Source: Octopus bimaculoides
Lineage: Eukaryota
Direction: 5' to 3'
Length of the DNA: 64,000 nt
Assembly: GCF_001194135.2 (NCBI RefSeq)
Contig: NC_068981.1
Span: 152,597,398-152,661,397, forward strand
The position numbers and the translations under genes were made by a program. The notes under the pieces were generated by a model. That model searched no databases. It saw only the letters and a list, made by a program, of their open reading frames with translations, and was not told the DNA's origin. Below are positions 41,589 through 54,404 of the stretch, piece after piece; position 1 is the first letter of the stretch; each line of letters starts with the position of its first letter.

Positions 41589-41892
41589 GATATATCAAAA
41601 TATTTTGAGTTAATGTTTTACACAAATCTAAAAAAAACAAAAAAAAAACAGAATCTATGGATAAGAAACCAAGATAGTATACATCTATCTATCTATACAT
41701 ATATATACTGGTAAATTAATAATGCGCTGATTACAAGTTACATTTAAATGATGAGATTCAAACTTTTCTTGTTCAAGTCCTCAGTACGAAACAATGTTTA
41801 CAGATATGCAAAGAGAAAAGTTTGCAGACAGCTGAAGCTCTTATTACAGCAAAAAATTAATGTTTTTTATATGGGGAAAACACAAAAAATTA

Positions 41893-43337
41893 ATTTCGTT
41901 TTTGGATTTGGTTTGCAAGATTCTTTATGTGAGTTCGTGTGTTGAAGCATATTCTGTTGTGTCTGGGGAGAGTCATTCTCTTTTGGTGCCTTATAATTTA
42001 ACACATTCACTGGTAAAATTTCCACTTATTTCTTCTTTTATTTTTTAAAAATTTTCGTTGCGTCTTGCAACCTTTTCAATAGTCGTTGACTCTGTCTGTT
42101 ACTCACACTGCGTTCTTTTTTGTTTGTTTGTGTGCATGTGCATATGTATCTATCTGTGTGTATACATTTGTATGTATGTATTCTGCATATTCATGTTTGC
42201 ATGACCGTGTTTTTAAGTATGTGCGTGTGTGTTTGTATATGTGTGTGTACCTGTCTTCTTGTGTGTGTGTATGTGTTTTGCAACCATGTTTATATGTATC
42301 AATGTGCATCTCCATATGTGGACGTGTGTCTCCATATGTGTCCTTGTGTGAAGTAAAGTGTGTGTGTATATATGGTCATGTGTTTCAGTCTTCATTTGCG
42401 TATGTGTGCTTGTTTGTTCATATAACCTATATAACTATCCGTCTGTATGTTGATCTGTTTACTTTCATATCCATATGCTTACATACATGTGCATATACAT
42501 ATATATATATATATTCATACACCCACCCACACACACATACATCTATCTACATATATATGTATATACATACACCCACACACACATACATACATGCATCTAT
42601 CTACCATAACAGCCCACTAACTATTCTACTCTACCTGTGTAAACTGTGGGTGTGGGTTATGATATCTACTATGTATATTTCCTATTTAGTATAGGAAAAG
42701 TTTCATTTATGAGGACATAGTCTCGTATTTTTCTGAGTGTTGGGTGCTTGGATAAGATGCGGATGTCAAGTTGACCCTGGTTACCTCCATGTTGGTAGAG
42801 TATGGAGGACTGTTCTTTTTTTGTTGTGATATTGTCTCAAATGTTCATTTGGTCGTTCAGCAATGCTTCTAGATGTCTCCCCTATGTATGCCATGTTCAT
42901 GCCTTTACAAGCACCTTCTATGCATCTTAAGCTGTAAACTACATTTCGAGTTCTACAGTTAATGCCCCTAGTACATACACTCAGACAGGCACACACATAT
43001 ACAAACACACACACATACATAAAAAACACACAAACACGGACATGCAAACACATGAAAATGCAGAATACATACATATGAATGTACACACAGAGATAGATAC
43101 ATATGCACACACACACTGACACACATACATATGCACACACACTGATCCACATACATATGCACAAACAAAAAGGAACGCAGTATGTGTAATGGACAGAGTC
43201 AACGACTATTGAAAAGGTTGCAAGATGCAACAAAAATTTTTAAAAAATAAAAAAAGAAATAAGTGGAAATTTTACCGGTGTGTGTGTTAAATTATAAGGC
43301 ACCAAAAGAGAATGACTCTCCCCAGACACAACAGAAT
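41893..43337 (-). mobile_element. Penelope-like element with GIY-YIG remnant between long inverted repeats; 9 bp TSD
   Basis: GINCRTRNVVYSLRC...AYIGETSRSIAERPNEH at about 42790-42975. Arms about 41950-42140 vs 43150-43337. TSD aaaaaatta at 41884-41892 and 43338-43346. The site is empty in the paralogous copy near 19700. Confidence 0.85.
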
Positions 43338-45485
43338 AAAAAATTAGCCTTGAAACTTTGTATACCAGAGACCAATCATCAACCATTGTAATTATTTTTT
43401 TCAAAAGAGAGTGATTTTTCTAGAAAGTTTCTCAGGATCCACAGATGGGACTTTATATTATTACATGAATTCAAATCATTCACATATCTGGTGAAAATCA
43501 ATCACCATTTACATTGATCTTCTAACATGACTAAATATGACTCACATCAGTTCTTCACAAAAACATATTTTCACATTGGTGATGATGGATTAATTTTTCT
43601 GATGCTAATACAGCTGAATATATTAAAAATAATTTTAACATTTCCAACCTTTATATTCACATAAAGAACTGAATTGCTAGAAAAAGTAGCTCCAGACCAA
43701 CTCTTTTAGAACAATAACTGGAAGACTTCACAGCAGAGAATTATCCTACCTTATTGTGCAAAAATTCTCTCTATAATTTATAACACACACACAAATACTT
43801 AAGAAAGCAACAGCTTGCATTTTGTGAGTTTAATATTAGTTGAGTTTTATCATAATTTGTGACTAACATGCTAAAACCAGATTTGAGGGCACTCCTTGTA
43901 CTGATAAATGGCCTGAGTAATACAGACTTGGAAAAATTACATACAGCCGGGTGATGTAAACCATGGAGAGGATATATTGATCATAGTTGACTCAGCAACT
44001 GTTCCAGTAGAAGCTAGGAAAATCAACGTGCTTATTTTTCATTAACCCCTAGATTTGAAGTTCCAATGACAATGCTAGCATACAATGGGTTGGAATTAAT
44101 TCAATTAAAGGAGTGATTAAATTGACATGATTTTAAGAAAATAGACATTATAATCCACAATTTAATGGTGCAGTGGAAAGAGTAATGAAAGCAATCAAAT
44201 CTACAATGCAAGTTTTCAGTTCAGAGATATCATAGTATGTGCAAGTCATCTCCAACTGAGAAATTACTTGGTAGTCAGTTAACAAGGTTGAACAAATGGT
44301 TCATTACAAGAACAATATAATGGAATTTCCATCAGATAAACATCATTTAATTTATGCTGGCAGAAATGATCAGATGAACTTCATTGAAGCAGGTTTTCTA
44401 TAGCAGAATGGATTTAGTTTCAAATTCTGAGAACATGACTAATTTTTTTTTTAATTCTTAGATTTGGGGACAGGGACAGTACCCATGGTCTTCAAAGGCC
44501 CTCCAGGCATGATGAGATTCATTACATTAATATTCCTCTTAAATCTTTGTAAGTAAAATATAGAAACTGGAAATTTATGAGCAGAGAGCAAATTCCAGAG
44601 GGCCAACATTGTTAGAAAGGACGGTTTGGGCATTGTGATTATCGGTGAGCCTGAGTAGGAGTTGAACACACCTGTACAGTAAATTCTATGATGTATATTG
44701 TAGACACATACACACAATACAAGCACAGCATGAGAGGGGTGTGAATAAAACAGCTTGCCTTTTCTATCTTGAAGTTTTTTTAGGTGTACTGCTTGGAACC
44801 CTGATGCACAGACATAACACAACTGAAGATTTGTACTTACTCCAGAAAAATAATATAATCACAATAAATAAGATAGTGTCTGTGATAAAACCCAGCCAAA
44901 GGATACAATAATCTAAGAAAACTCCCATCGAAGTTCGGTACACCATACAACAATAAAGAAGATGCTAATAGTCTAAAGATCTGAAACTACTCAGAAATAA
45001 GTGTGACTGTTATCTCTAGAAACTTCTGTTTGATTTTAATGCTAAAAATAAAAACAAAATGTTTGAGATTGAAAAGCTTTATTAAAAAAATTATTTGTAA
45101 TAGAAAAAGAAGTGCATTATCCACCACAGAAGTGGGGAAAACCGATTAATTGTAAACTATTTTGTTACGATGTTAATAAAGTTATGGCGATTTTCGTTTT
45201 CGATAATGTGTTTTACATGTCACGGTCATGCGATTCCCCCTAAAAAAAATTTTGGACCCAACTCCCCCCATCCCCCACACACGGGGGGGAGGGTATTTAT
45301 TATTTTATTTAGGCGATTTTCATTTTTGACATTGTGTTCTACATGTCCAGGTCGTACCCTAACCCTAACCCTAACTCCCCTTTAGGCTATGGAGATTCCG
45401 ATTCTGAAAAAAAATTGTTTGAAAAATTTCAATTCTCCGCCCCACCAAGCAGGCTATTTACATGCTAGAAATAACAGCCAAATCT

Positions 45486-45558
45486 GGTTAGGGTTAGGGT
45501 CAGGGTTAGGGTTAGGGTCAGAGTTAGGGTTAGGGTCAGGGTTAGGGTTAGGGTTAGG
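45486..45558 (+). repeat. Interstitial telomere-like array of TTAGGG and TCAGGG units
   Basis: About 12 units read directly. Inverted CCCTAA units at 45357-45375 and 45563-45571. Confidence 0.9.
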
Positions 45559-47222
45559 TTTACCCTAACCCCGTTTGCCAAAGCGCATTTTTTCCTTCAT
45601 ATTTATTTCATATAAGGTGCACTTCAACTACTACACTATTTNNNNNNNNNNNNNNNNNNNNNNNNNNNNNNNNNNNNNNNNNNNNNNNNNNNNNNNNNNN
45701 NNNNNNNNNNNNNNNNNNNNNNNNNNNNNNNNNNNNNNNNNNNNNNNNNNNNNNNNNNNNNNNNNNNNNNNNNNNNNNNNNNNNNNNNNNNNNNNNNNNN
45801 NNNNNNNNNNNNNNNNNNNNNNNNNNNNNNNNNNNNNNNNNNNNNNNNNNNNNNNNNNNNNNNNNNNNNNNNNNNNNNNNNNNNNNNNNNNNNNNNNNNN
45901 NNNNNNNNNNNNNNNNNNNNNNNNNNNNNNNNNNNNNNNNNNNNNNNNNNNNNNNNNNNNNNNNNNNNNNNNNNNNNNNNNNNNNNNNNNNNNNNNNNNN
46001 NNNNNNNNNNNNNNNNNNNNNNNNNNNNNNNNNNNNNNNNNNNNNNNNNNNNNNNNNNNNNNNNNNNNNNNNNNNNNNNNNNNNNNNNNNNNNNNNNNNN
46101 NNNNNNNNNNNNNNNNNNNNNNNNNNNNNNNNNNNNNNNNNNNNNNNNNNNNNNNNNNNNNNNNNNNNNNNNNNNNNNNNNNNNNNNNNNNNNNNNNTCT
46201 AACTTGCGAGAAGGTTATTCGTACGATCTGGACATGTAGAACACAATGTCAAAAATGAAAATCGCCAAAATAAAAAAAATAAAAAAGTTCTCCCGCCATA
46301 TTGTTGATGTGCAAAAAAAAGCAATGCGCAATAATCTTAAATTCTTATATTGTTGATAAAAACAAGACTTGATGTGTATGTTTACTATATTTGTTTATTC
46401 GATATAACTTTTGAGTATTCTCTAGATAACCTAAGAGATCATCAAAATTTTATTTAGTGTGACAGTTGCGAAGATGGTTGTAGTACTACATTTGCAGCGT
46501 AATGACACAATTGAATCAGACTGGACTAATTGGGAACCTCGTTTTGAAAAGTGATTTTAAACTTGGACGCGCGCCTTTTGATTATCCAATTCGTGTTATT
46601 TTAATGGTTATTCGGTAAAAGACCATTAGAATTTTATTCTCGCTCAAGTTACAAATAAAGACAGATAGGAAATGTTCATTTGGATTGGATAATACTAAAA
46701 ATTCAAATATTATTCGTTTTATGGTGGTAAATTATACTATGATTATTTTCGCTTAAAATCTTCACTTCAAATTCCAAAATTTCATAAAATACAAGTAACT
46801 CAAAATCCGTGAGATGAGTTTCACAATTTGACTTGTGTTTTACATAACTATGAAAGCAAAAGAACCCCAACCTCGGTGAGATTTGAAATAGGAACTAAAA
46901 AGAATAGGAATTTTGTTACTAACTTTGCTGATCTTGGAATTCTACCCACTTATTTACCTAATCCACATATATGTTGGTTTCAAATTTTGGCACGAGGCCA
47001 GCAGTTTCAGTGGAGGGATAAGTCAATTACATTGACCTCAGTGTTCTACTGGTACATATATTATCGACCTCAAAAGGGATGATCGGCAAAGTCGACCTCG
47101 GCGAAATTTGAACTCATTACGTAAAGACAGACGTAATGCCGCTAAGCATTTTCCCCGGCGTGCTAACGATTCTGTTAGCTCACCACCTTATCCACCTAAT
47201 AAATATTGATAAATGGAAAAAT

Positions 47223-47804
47223 GGATCTTTTTTAAAACGGGGGCCACATTTTTCATTAACGAAACACTTTGAAACTTGGAACACTGGTAGAATGTGTCAT
47301 ATAAAACATCTTTTTCTCTTAGTCTTCTTAAAAAAAAAAAGAAATCCCTAAGTTATTCTATGTTAAAGTTGTCGTATTTCTATAATTTCAACCAATCACT
47401 GACGTCCATTCAGCCGATATACATTAAGTGCCGACTACATAAACAAACGGTTAGGGTTAGGGTAAAACAGCAAATTTAAAAAGAAAAAAGCAAATAAAAC
47501 GAAGAAAAAAAAAAGAAAATGAAAAAAGCAAATTTAAAATGAAAAAAGAAGTTATGGAGATTAAATACGCTTTACTTGGCTTAATCAGCCAAAGGAGTAA
47601 ATATAAACAACTGAATACTTGTCAGTGATTGGTTGAAATTATCGAAATAAGACAATTTTTTACATGAAATAAATTCGAATACAAAAATATTTTTCTGTTC
47701 TATAACACAAAATAGATAAGTATACGAAGTTTGAAAGTCTTTCGGTACCAAAAACACTACGTAAAACATTATGAAAAATATGGCCCCCGTTTTAAAAAAG
47801 ATCC
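47223..47804. mobile_element. Non-autonomous DNA transposon (MITE) with about 33 bp TIR and 8 bp TSD, Merlin-like
   Basis: TIR ggatcttttttaaaacgggggcca(c/t)atttttcat. TSD ggaaaaat at 47215-47222 and 47805-47812. 5'-GG ends with an 8 bp TSD fit Merlin; hAT not excluded. Confidence 0.8.
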
Positions 47805-48271
47805 GGAAAAATTATTATTTCTAAATCTTTCAACGAGAGACATTCAGTAATAGTACTCTAAAGTAAAGATTATTTGTCAACATAATGTGGCAGTCCTGTT
47901 TGGGACGAATGTTACTGTTATTTAGCCCCATGTAACATCGTCTCCAGCTGGATATGTGACACTGTCTGTGCCCTTATATTTTCGAACAAGGGAGTCCAGC
48001 GTCCCCTCGCTTTCTAATATAAGCACAAAGTGTGAAACTTTAGCAGAGAGGGCTTGTCGATCACATTAACTCCGGTGTTCAACTGGTACTTATTTTATAG
48101 ACTCTGAACGGATGAAAGGAAAAAGTCCACCTCGGCAGAATTTGAATTTAGAACATAAAGCCAGAAGAAATACCCGTAAGCATTTTTTTCCTGACGCAGT
48201 GTCAGTCTAACAATTCTTTTAATTCACTGCTTTTATTTCTTTTCTTTTTCTTTCAAATTATGTTTTTCTTT

Positions 48272-48770
48272 TGTGTCTGGGGAGAGTCATTTTCTTATTG
48301 TGCCTTGAAATTTAACACACTCACCGTTAAAATTTCCACTTATTTCTTATTTTTATTTTCCTAAAATTTTCGTTGCGTCTTGCAACCTTTTCAATAGTCT
48401 TGGATCTAGTTCAAAACGGGGGCGCCAGTATTTTCAGTGTGTGTGTACACACTGAGACACACACGTGTGCAAAAACAAACAAAAGCTGCGACACACACAT
48501 GCGCAAAAACAAACAAAAGCAAAAACAGAACGCAGCGTAAATAACGGACAGTCAAGACTATTGAAAAGGTTGTAAGACGCAACGAAAATTTTAGGAAAAT
48601 AAAAATAAGAAATAAGTGGAAATTTTAACGGTGTGTGTGTTAAATTTCAAGGCACAATAAGAAAATGATTCTCCCCAGACACAACAGAATATGCTTCAAC
48701 ACACGAAATCACATAAAAAAATCTTGCAAACCAAATCCCAAAACGAAATATGTTTTTTCTTATTTTTCTC
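48272..48770. mobile_element. Palindromic short copy of the same Penelope-like terminal repeat
   Basis: Arms 48272-48401 and about 48550-48685 are inverted and homologous to the 42-43 kb arms. Confidence 0.8.
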
Positions 48771-50429
48771 CATTAGGCTTTTATTTCTTTCTTATTTAAT
48801 ATAGTATTACATNNNNNNNNNNNNNNNNNNNNNNNNNNNNNNNNNNNNNNNNNNNNNNNNNNNNNNNNNNNNNNNNNNNNNNNNNNNNNNNNNNNNNNNN
48901 NNNNNNNNNNNNNNNNNNNNNNNNNNNNNNNNNNNNNNNNNNNNNNNNNNNNNNNNNNNNNNNNNNNNNNNNNNNNNNNNNNNNNNNNNNNNNNNNNNNN
49001 NNNNNNNNNNNNNNNNNNNNNNNNNNNNNNCATACAGAAATTAAAACAATTTTACGGAAATTAACGAACAATCATATGATCCCATATATGTCGAGTTGAC
49101 AACTTTGCTTCTTGAAATGAATGAATGCCATAAAATAACTTCTTTTGACACACACACGCATGTACTCACGCACACACATACACACACTCTACGTAAAACT
49201 TCTGCGCGAATTATGCTATTTCTTGCAGTGTGAATGCGTAAATTTACAGCTCAAATCCAATTGAAATGATCTTTTTCTATTGTGTAATTTTTGTTTGTGA
49301 TGAACGTATTTAAAAACAGGATCTTCGATATAAACTTAAAAGGAAGTTTTCCCAGAAATCCTGTCCCTTACCTCTTCTTTCTGACATGTCCGAGGTGACA
49401 TTTCCGTCCCCATTCGTTATTTTTTTCCTAAATTTCTTCCGATTCCTATGTTTGCGATACAGGAGATTACAATTTCATCCACAAAACACGTTATCAATAT
49501 TTTAATTTTCTCCTTCTCCACACCAAATTCATATTTTACTTTTTTCAAATTTTTATTCTTCGTAATCCATGGAGAAAAAATAGAGAGTACGAATCTTTAA
49601 GAATTTACCCATCACCTCACCACTTTCAAAAAGCTACACGCTCCCAATGTTTCACTTTTAGCTTTTTGAAAAGCAGAGAAGTTTCTTCAGAAATGATGTC
49701 GTTTACCTGTTGTTTCTAGCATGTCGGGTTTTCTGGTGGTGGTCTGGTATTTTTCAAGTCTACTATTTCAGTAGAATTCTACACATGCGGGAAATATCAG
49801 ACAAAAGTAAAAGATTGGGAGATTTTAGCTTTTTGAAAGATGGGTGGGCGAGGTGGGGAAGGGGCATTGAGAGTTTCTTTAAGAAAAAATAAACTATAAA
49901 AAAATATATATATTTCCCATATTCGTAATCTACGTGGATAAAAAACAAAATTTGAAAAAAGTTACAAATTAAGAAATAGCGATGGGGATAGGGGGAAATT
50001 AAAAATTTGAAAACGTGATTTCTGGACAAAATCGCATTAACCCCCTTTTATATGATGAAAGAATACATAGTTTCTGATCCTTCTCAAGAACAGAAAGCAA
50101 TTTCATGCAAACCCATGCAAATTGTATCCTCGCCCTTCACTATTAAACAAACAATAACTTCCATTATTCTATTAACTATACATCAACTGTGCCGATTCTG
50201 CCCATAAGAAAGGAGCAAATAATACAATGTGCTTGTAGCCCATAACACCCAGGCAACGCCGGGATGCATTGCTAGTATATTATTTATTGGTGTGTGTGAC
50301 ATTTATAATGTTTATGCAAACAGAGAATCGTACTAGCATAATATTTTGTCCCAAAGAAACATCTCAGAGAGGCTCGTATGTTAAAAACACAAGGCTTCAT
50401 TCTGAATACTGGAGGCAATCCACATTTGT

Positions 50430-50473
<44 letters not shown>

Positions 50474-51044
50474 TATAGTTGACGTCTGCCTTCCATGCTA
50501 GCATGGGTGGGACGGTTTCACAAGAGCCGGCCAGGCCGAAGCCTGCACCAGACTTCTGTGACTGTTTCAGCAGGATTTTTACAGCTGGATGCCCTTCCTA
50601 ACACTAACTCCTCAGCAAAGTGGACTTAGTACTTTTTTCGTGGCACAAGCACAGGCAAGGTGAGTAGTGCTTTTTACGTGGCACAAGCACAGGCGAGGTC
50701 AGTTTTGGCAAGGTTTTTACAGCTGGATGGCCTTCCGAACACCAACCACATTACAGTGTGGACTGAGTGCTTTTAAGTGGCACCTGCACTGACTGGATCA
50801 CCAAGTACTTGTAAGACTTGGAAAAAAAAAAGATAAAAATCTTTCAAGAGAGGAGGAGGCATTGAAGGAGGTGATCTTGTGGTGGATGATGAAAAGGTTA
50901 TAATGAGATAGATACAGGTGTCTTGCTATAGAGGATGTACAAGGTTACCCGGCCGGAGAGAGAAAGATCAGGAATGAAGACAGAAACAGGTGCGCTACCG
51001 CAAAGGAAATACACGGTTACTCAGCCTGTGGGAAGTGCAGGAGA

Positions 51045-51128
<84 letters not shown>

Positions 51129-51155
51129 GAGAGCGAGAGAGAGAGAGAGAGAGAG
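51045..51155 (+). repeat. (GA)n microsatellite, one of many TA, CA, GA, TCTA and TCCA arrays, often bordering N gaps
   Basis: Read directly from the sequence. Confidence 0.95.
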
Positions 51156-51719
51156 TGGGAGACAGCATGGTAGAGATGGTAAAACGCCGGGCATACTCAG
51201 AATGAACGGGGATTAGAATATAAAAGGGATGGTTGAGTAAAGGAAGAAAGAGATATAGATGATGGCAAGTGCCAGGGCGTACCCTTGAAGTTCAAACGCC
51301 ATAATATAAATGGAAGGATATTGAGAAGGGAATGTGATTAAAGAGTACGAGTAAGTGGCGAAAGACCTGGCGGAGGGGGCTACTGGATAGCAATGATACA
51401 GAGGAACAGGGGTGTGAGGACAGGATTGGGGAGTGAGAGCTAGGCATAGTGTATGGAGTTACATGTCGGTGGAACACACAGATCGGGGGCTAGCAGATAG
51501 CAATAATAGAGTGAGACAGGGTTTGTGGGTAGAACACACAGGTCAGGGGGCAAGCAGAGAGCAATGATACAGTGGCACAGGGACAAGAGAACAGGATTGG
51601 GGAGTGGGAGGTAATCAAATTACATGAAGCGGAAATGTGAGGAAGAGAAGAGATATAGAGACGTAGTTTGGTTTGTTGTGGTGAGAAGTTTTCTTGTTAA
51701 GTGTAGGTGGGACACACAG

Positions 51720-52260
51720 CGCTTCTAGAACTCAGTTTCGCTGACGTGAGCGGGTCTTCTAAAGAACTTCATATCGCCAGACATCTCGATCCATTGCCAT
51801 TTCCTCCGTGAGGCCCAACTTCCTGAGATCTGTCTTTACCACTTCATCCCACGTCTTTCTGGGTCTCCCTCTTTCACGAGTACCATCCACTTTCAGTGAT
51901 CGGTACTTCTTTATACAGCTGTCCTCATTCATACGCGTCACATGCCCAAACTAGCGTAGTTTTCTCTCTTGCAATCTACATTTGATTCCACTTATGCCCA
52001 ACTTTTCTCTCAATACATTTGCACTTTGCCGTACATGTGCACTAATGTTGCACATCTCAATGGAGCATACTACCTTCATTTCTCTCCAGTCTACGCATGT
52101 CTTCTGCATTCAGAGCCCATGTCTCACTACCATGGACTATAGCTGTCTATACACAAGCATCATATAGTCTACTTTCCACTCAAAGAGAGTCCTTTTGTTG
52201 CCAACAGAGGTAATAGCTCTCTGAACTGCCTCCACCCAATTCTTATTCTAGAAGCTCTCT
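51720..52260 (-). mobile_element. RTE-type LINE 3' fragment
   Basis: ...RMNEDSCIKKYRSLKVDGTRERGRPRKTWDEVVKTDLRKLGLTEEMAMDRDVWR is a typical RTE RT tail. Confidence 0.85.
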
Positions 52261-53873
52261 GAACTTCCTCCACCCATTATAAATATTGTACACACCGATG
52301 TTTTAATCTAAAGCTGTTTCAAGTGTCAGAGCAGATCAGTGTTAGAGGCATACATTGTTGCAGCATATCGCTGCATCCACCATTTCTCAGTATTTGCTTG
52401 GATCATCTCTGCAGCAAGAGTGAATATTGGTTTCAAATTTTGACACAAGGCCAGAAATTTGGAGGCCGTGGCTAAGTTGATCACGTCAACCCCAGTGCTC
52501 AATGGTACTATCTTATCGACCCTGAAAGGATGAAAAGCAAAGTTGACCTTATCGGAATTTGAACTCAGACATAAAGACACTTGAAATGCAGCTAAGCATT
52601 TTGCCCGGTACCGTAAAGATTCTGTCAGCTTGCCACTTTAGCAAGTGTGAATATTAATTTAGTAAAGTATATGATTGATTTTTATATGAATAAATTATCC
52701 CTCTAAACTATATTTAACTTTTCTGACCTCAGGATTCTAAAGTTCTTATTTATTACGTTCTCATTAGGAATAAACATTATGAGATCAAAGAATAATTATT
52801 TTAAAAAATTGAGCATCTGAAAATTATTAAAGACAATGATAATAATTGAAATGTAATATAATGTAAGGCATCGAATCCAAATTACTTTGATAAATAACCT
52901 ATTAATTAAAGGAATATTTATCATAGGTTGTAATCTTGCCAGGAATTTAATCACTGCATATAGGAATACGTGTGGCTGCAGGGACAAGTATGCCTGTGTG
53001 GTTAAGAAGTTTGCTTTGCAATTATGTAGTTTCAGGAGCAACCTCTCAGCATGGTATCTTAACCAAGTAACACCTACCATAACTTCAAATTGATTAAAAG
53101 TTTGTGTGAATTAGATTTGATTGTTGGAAACTATGACATGTTCTGGTTGGGACACTGAAACCATTGTCTATTTTAACATTACTGCATGGCCCTTGGATCC
53201 CTTTGGTTGATCGCACCTATAATGGAACAGTAATATATATATATATATATATNNNNNNNNNNNNNNNNNNNNNNNNNNNNNNNNNNNNNNNNNNNNNNNN
53301 NNNNNNNNNNNNNNNNNNNNNNNNNNNNNNNNNNNNNNNNNNNNNNNNNNNNNNNNNNNNNNNNNNNNNNNNNNNNNNNNNNNNNNNNNNNNNNNNNNNN
53401 NNNNNNNNNNNNNNNNNNNNNNNNNNNNNNNNNNNNNNNNNNNNNNNNNNNNNNNNNNNNNNNNNNNNNNNNNNNNNNNNNNNNNNNNNNNNNNNNNNNN
53501 NNNNNNNNNNNNNNNNNNNNNNNNNNNNNNNNNNNNNNNNNNNNNNNNNNNNNNNNNNNNNNNNNNNNNNNNNNNNNNNNNNNNNNNNNNNNNNNNNNNN
53601 NNNNNNNNNNNNNNNNNNNNNNNNNNNNNNNNNNNNNNNNNNNNNNNNNNNNNNNNNNNNNNNNNNNNNNNNNNNNNNNNNNNNNNNNNNNNNNNNNNNN
53701 NNNNNNNNNNNNNNNNNNNNNNNNNNNNNNNNNNNNNNNNNNNNNNNNNNNNNNNNNNNNNNNNNNNNNNNNNNNNNNNNNNNNNNNNNNNNNNNNNNNN
53801 NNNNNNNNNNNNNNNNNNNNNNNNNNNNNNNNNNNNNNNNNNNNNNNNNNNNNNNNNNNNNNNNNNNNNNNNN

Positions 53874-53916
<43 letters not shown>

Positions 53917-54365
53917 TTGTGTGTGTATATACAAACACATATATATATATACATACATGTGTGTGTGTATGTATGTGTGTATGTATGTATGTATATGACA
54001 GTATATATACATGTTTTTACATTCATCAATACATACACACACGTGCCATCTTGCATTTTGTCAACTGAAATGATCTTGTGCGTTTTTTATCCTTTGCATC
54101 TAATGTTGAACTGGAAACGTTTTGCTAGTGACCTAGTAACTGTAATCTAAAACTTTTGCCGTAGGCCATTCATGTTATTTGATTCCTTTTAATGGTAACC
54201 TAACCATGAGTTTATTGGTTACGTATGCTCTGCAATGTATTTTAAAATTGAAGCTAAAACAACCCAATTGTTTAACAGCAGCAAAGCAAGAAAAGAAAAT
54301 TTTGTAAGCTGATCTTATATATACACACATATGTACATACACACATATATGCATTTGTACACACA

Positions 54366-54404
<39 letters not shown>

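Larger units (their letters stand above)
41700..47190 (+). repeat. Direct segmental duplicate of about 19100-28990 (Pcl upstream intron and promoter) with deletions and insertions
   Basis: Colinear blocks: 41710-41860 ~ 19110-19690; 43338-44370 ~ 19695-21270; 44400-45170 ~ 24905-25725; 46288-47190 ~ 27905-28990. Confidence 0.92.

Noticed and set aside
42086-43233. 150-202 aa Cys/Val/Tyr-rich ORFs
   Set aside because: Degenerate (TG)n sequence. Only the GIY-YIG remnant is meaningful.
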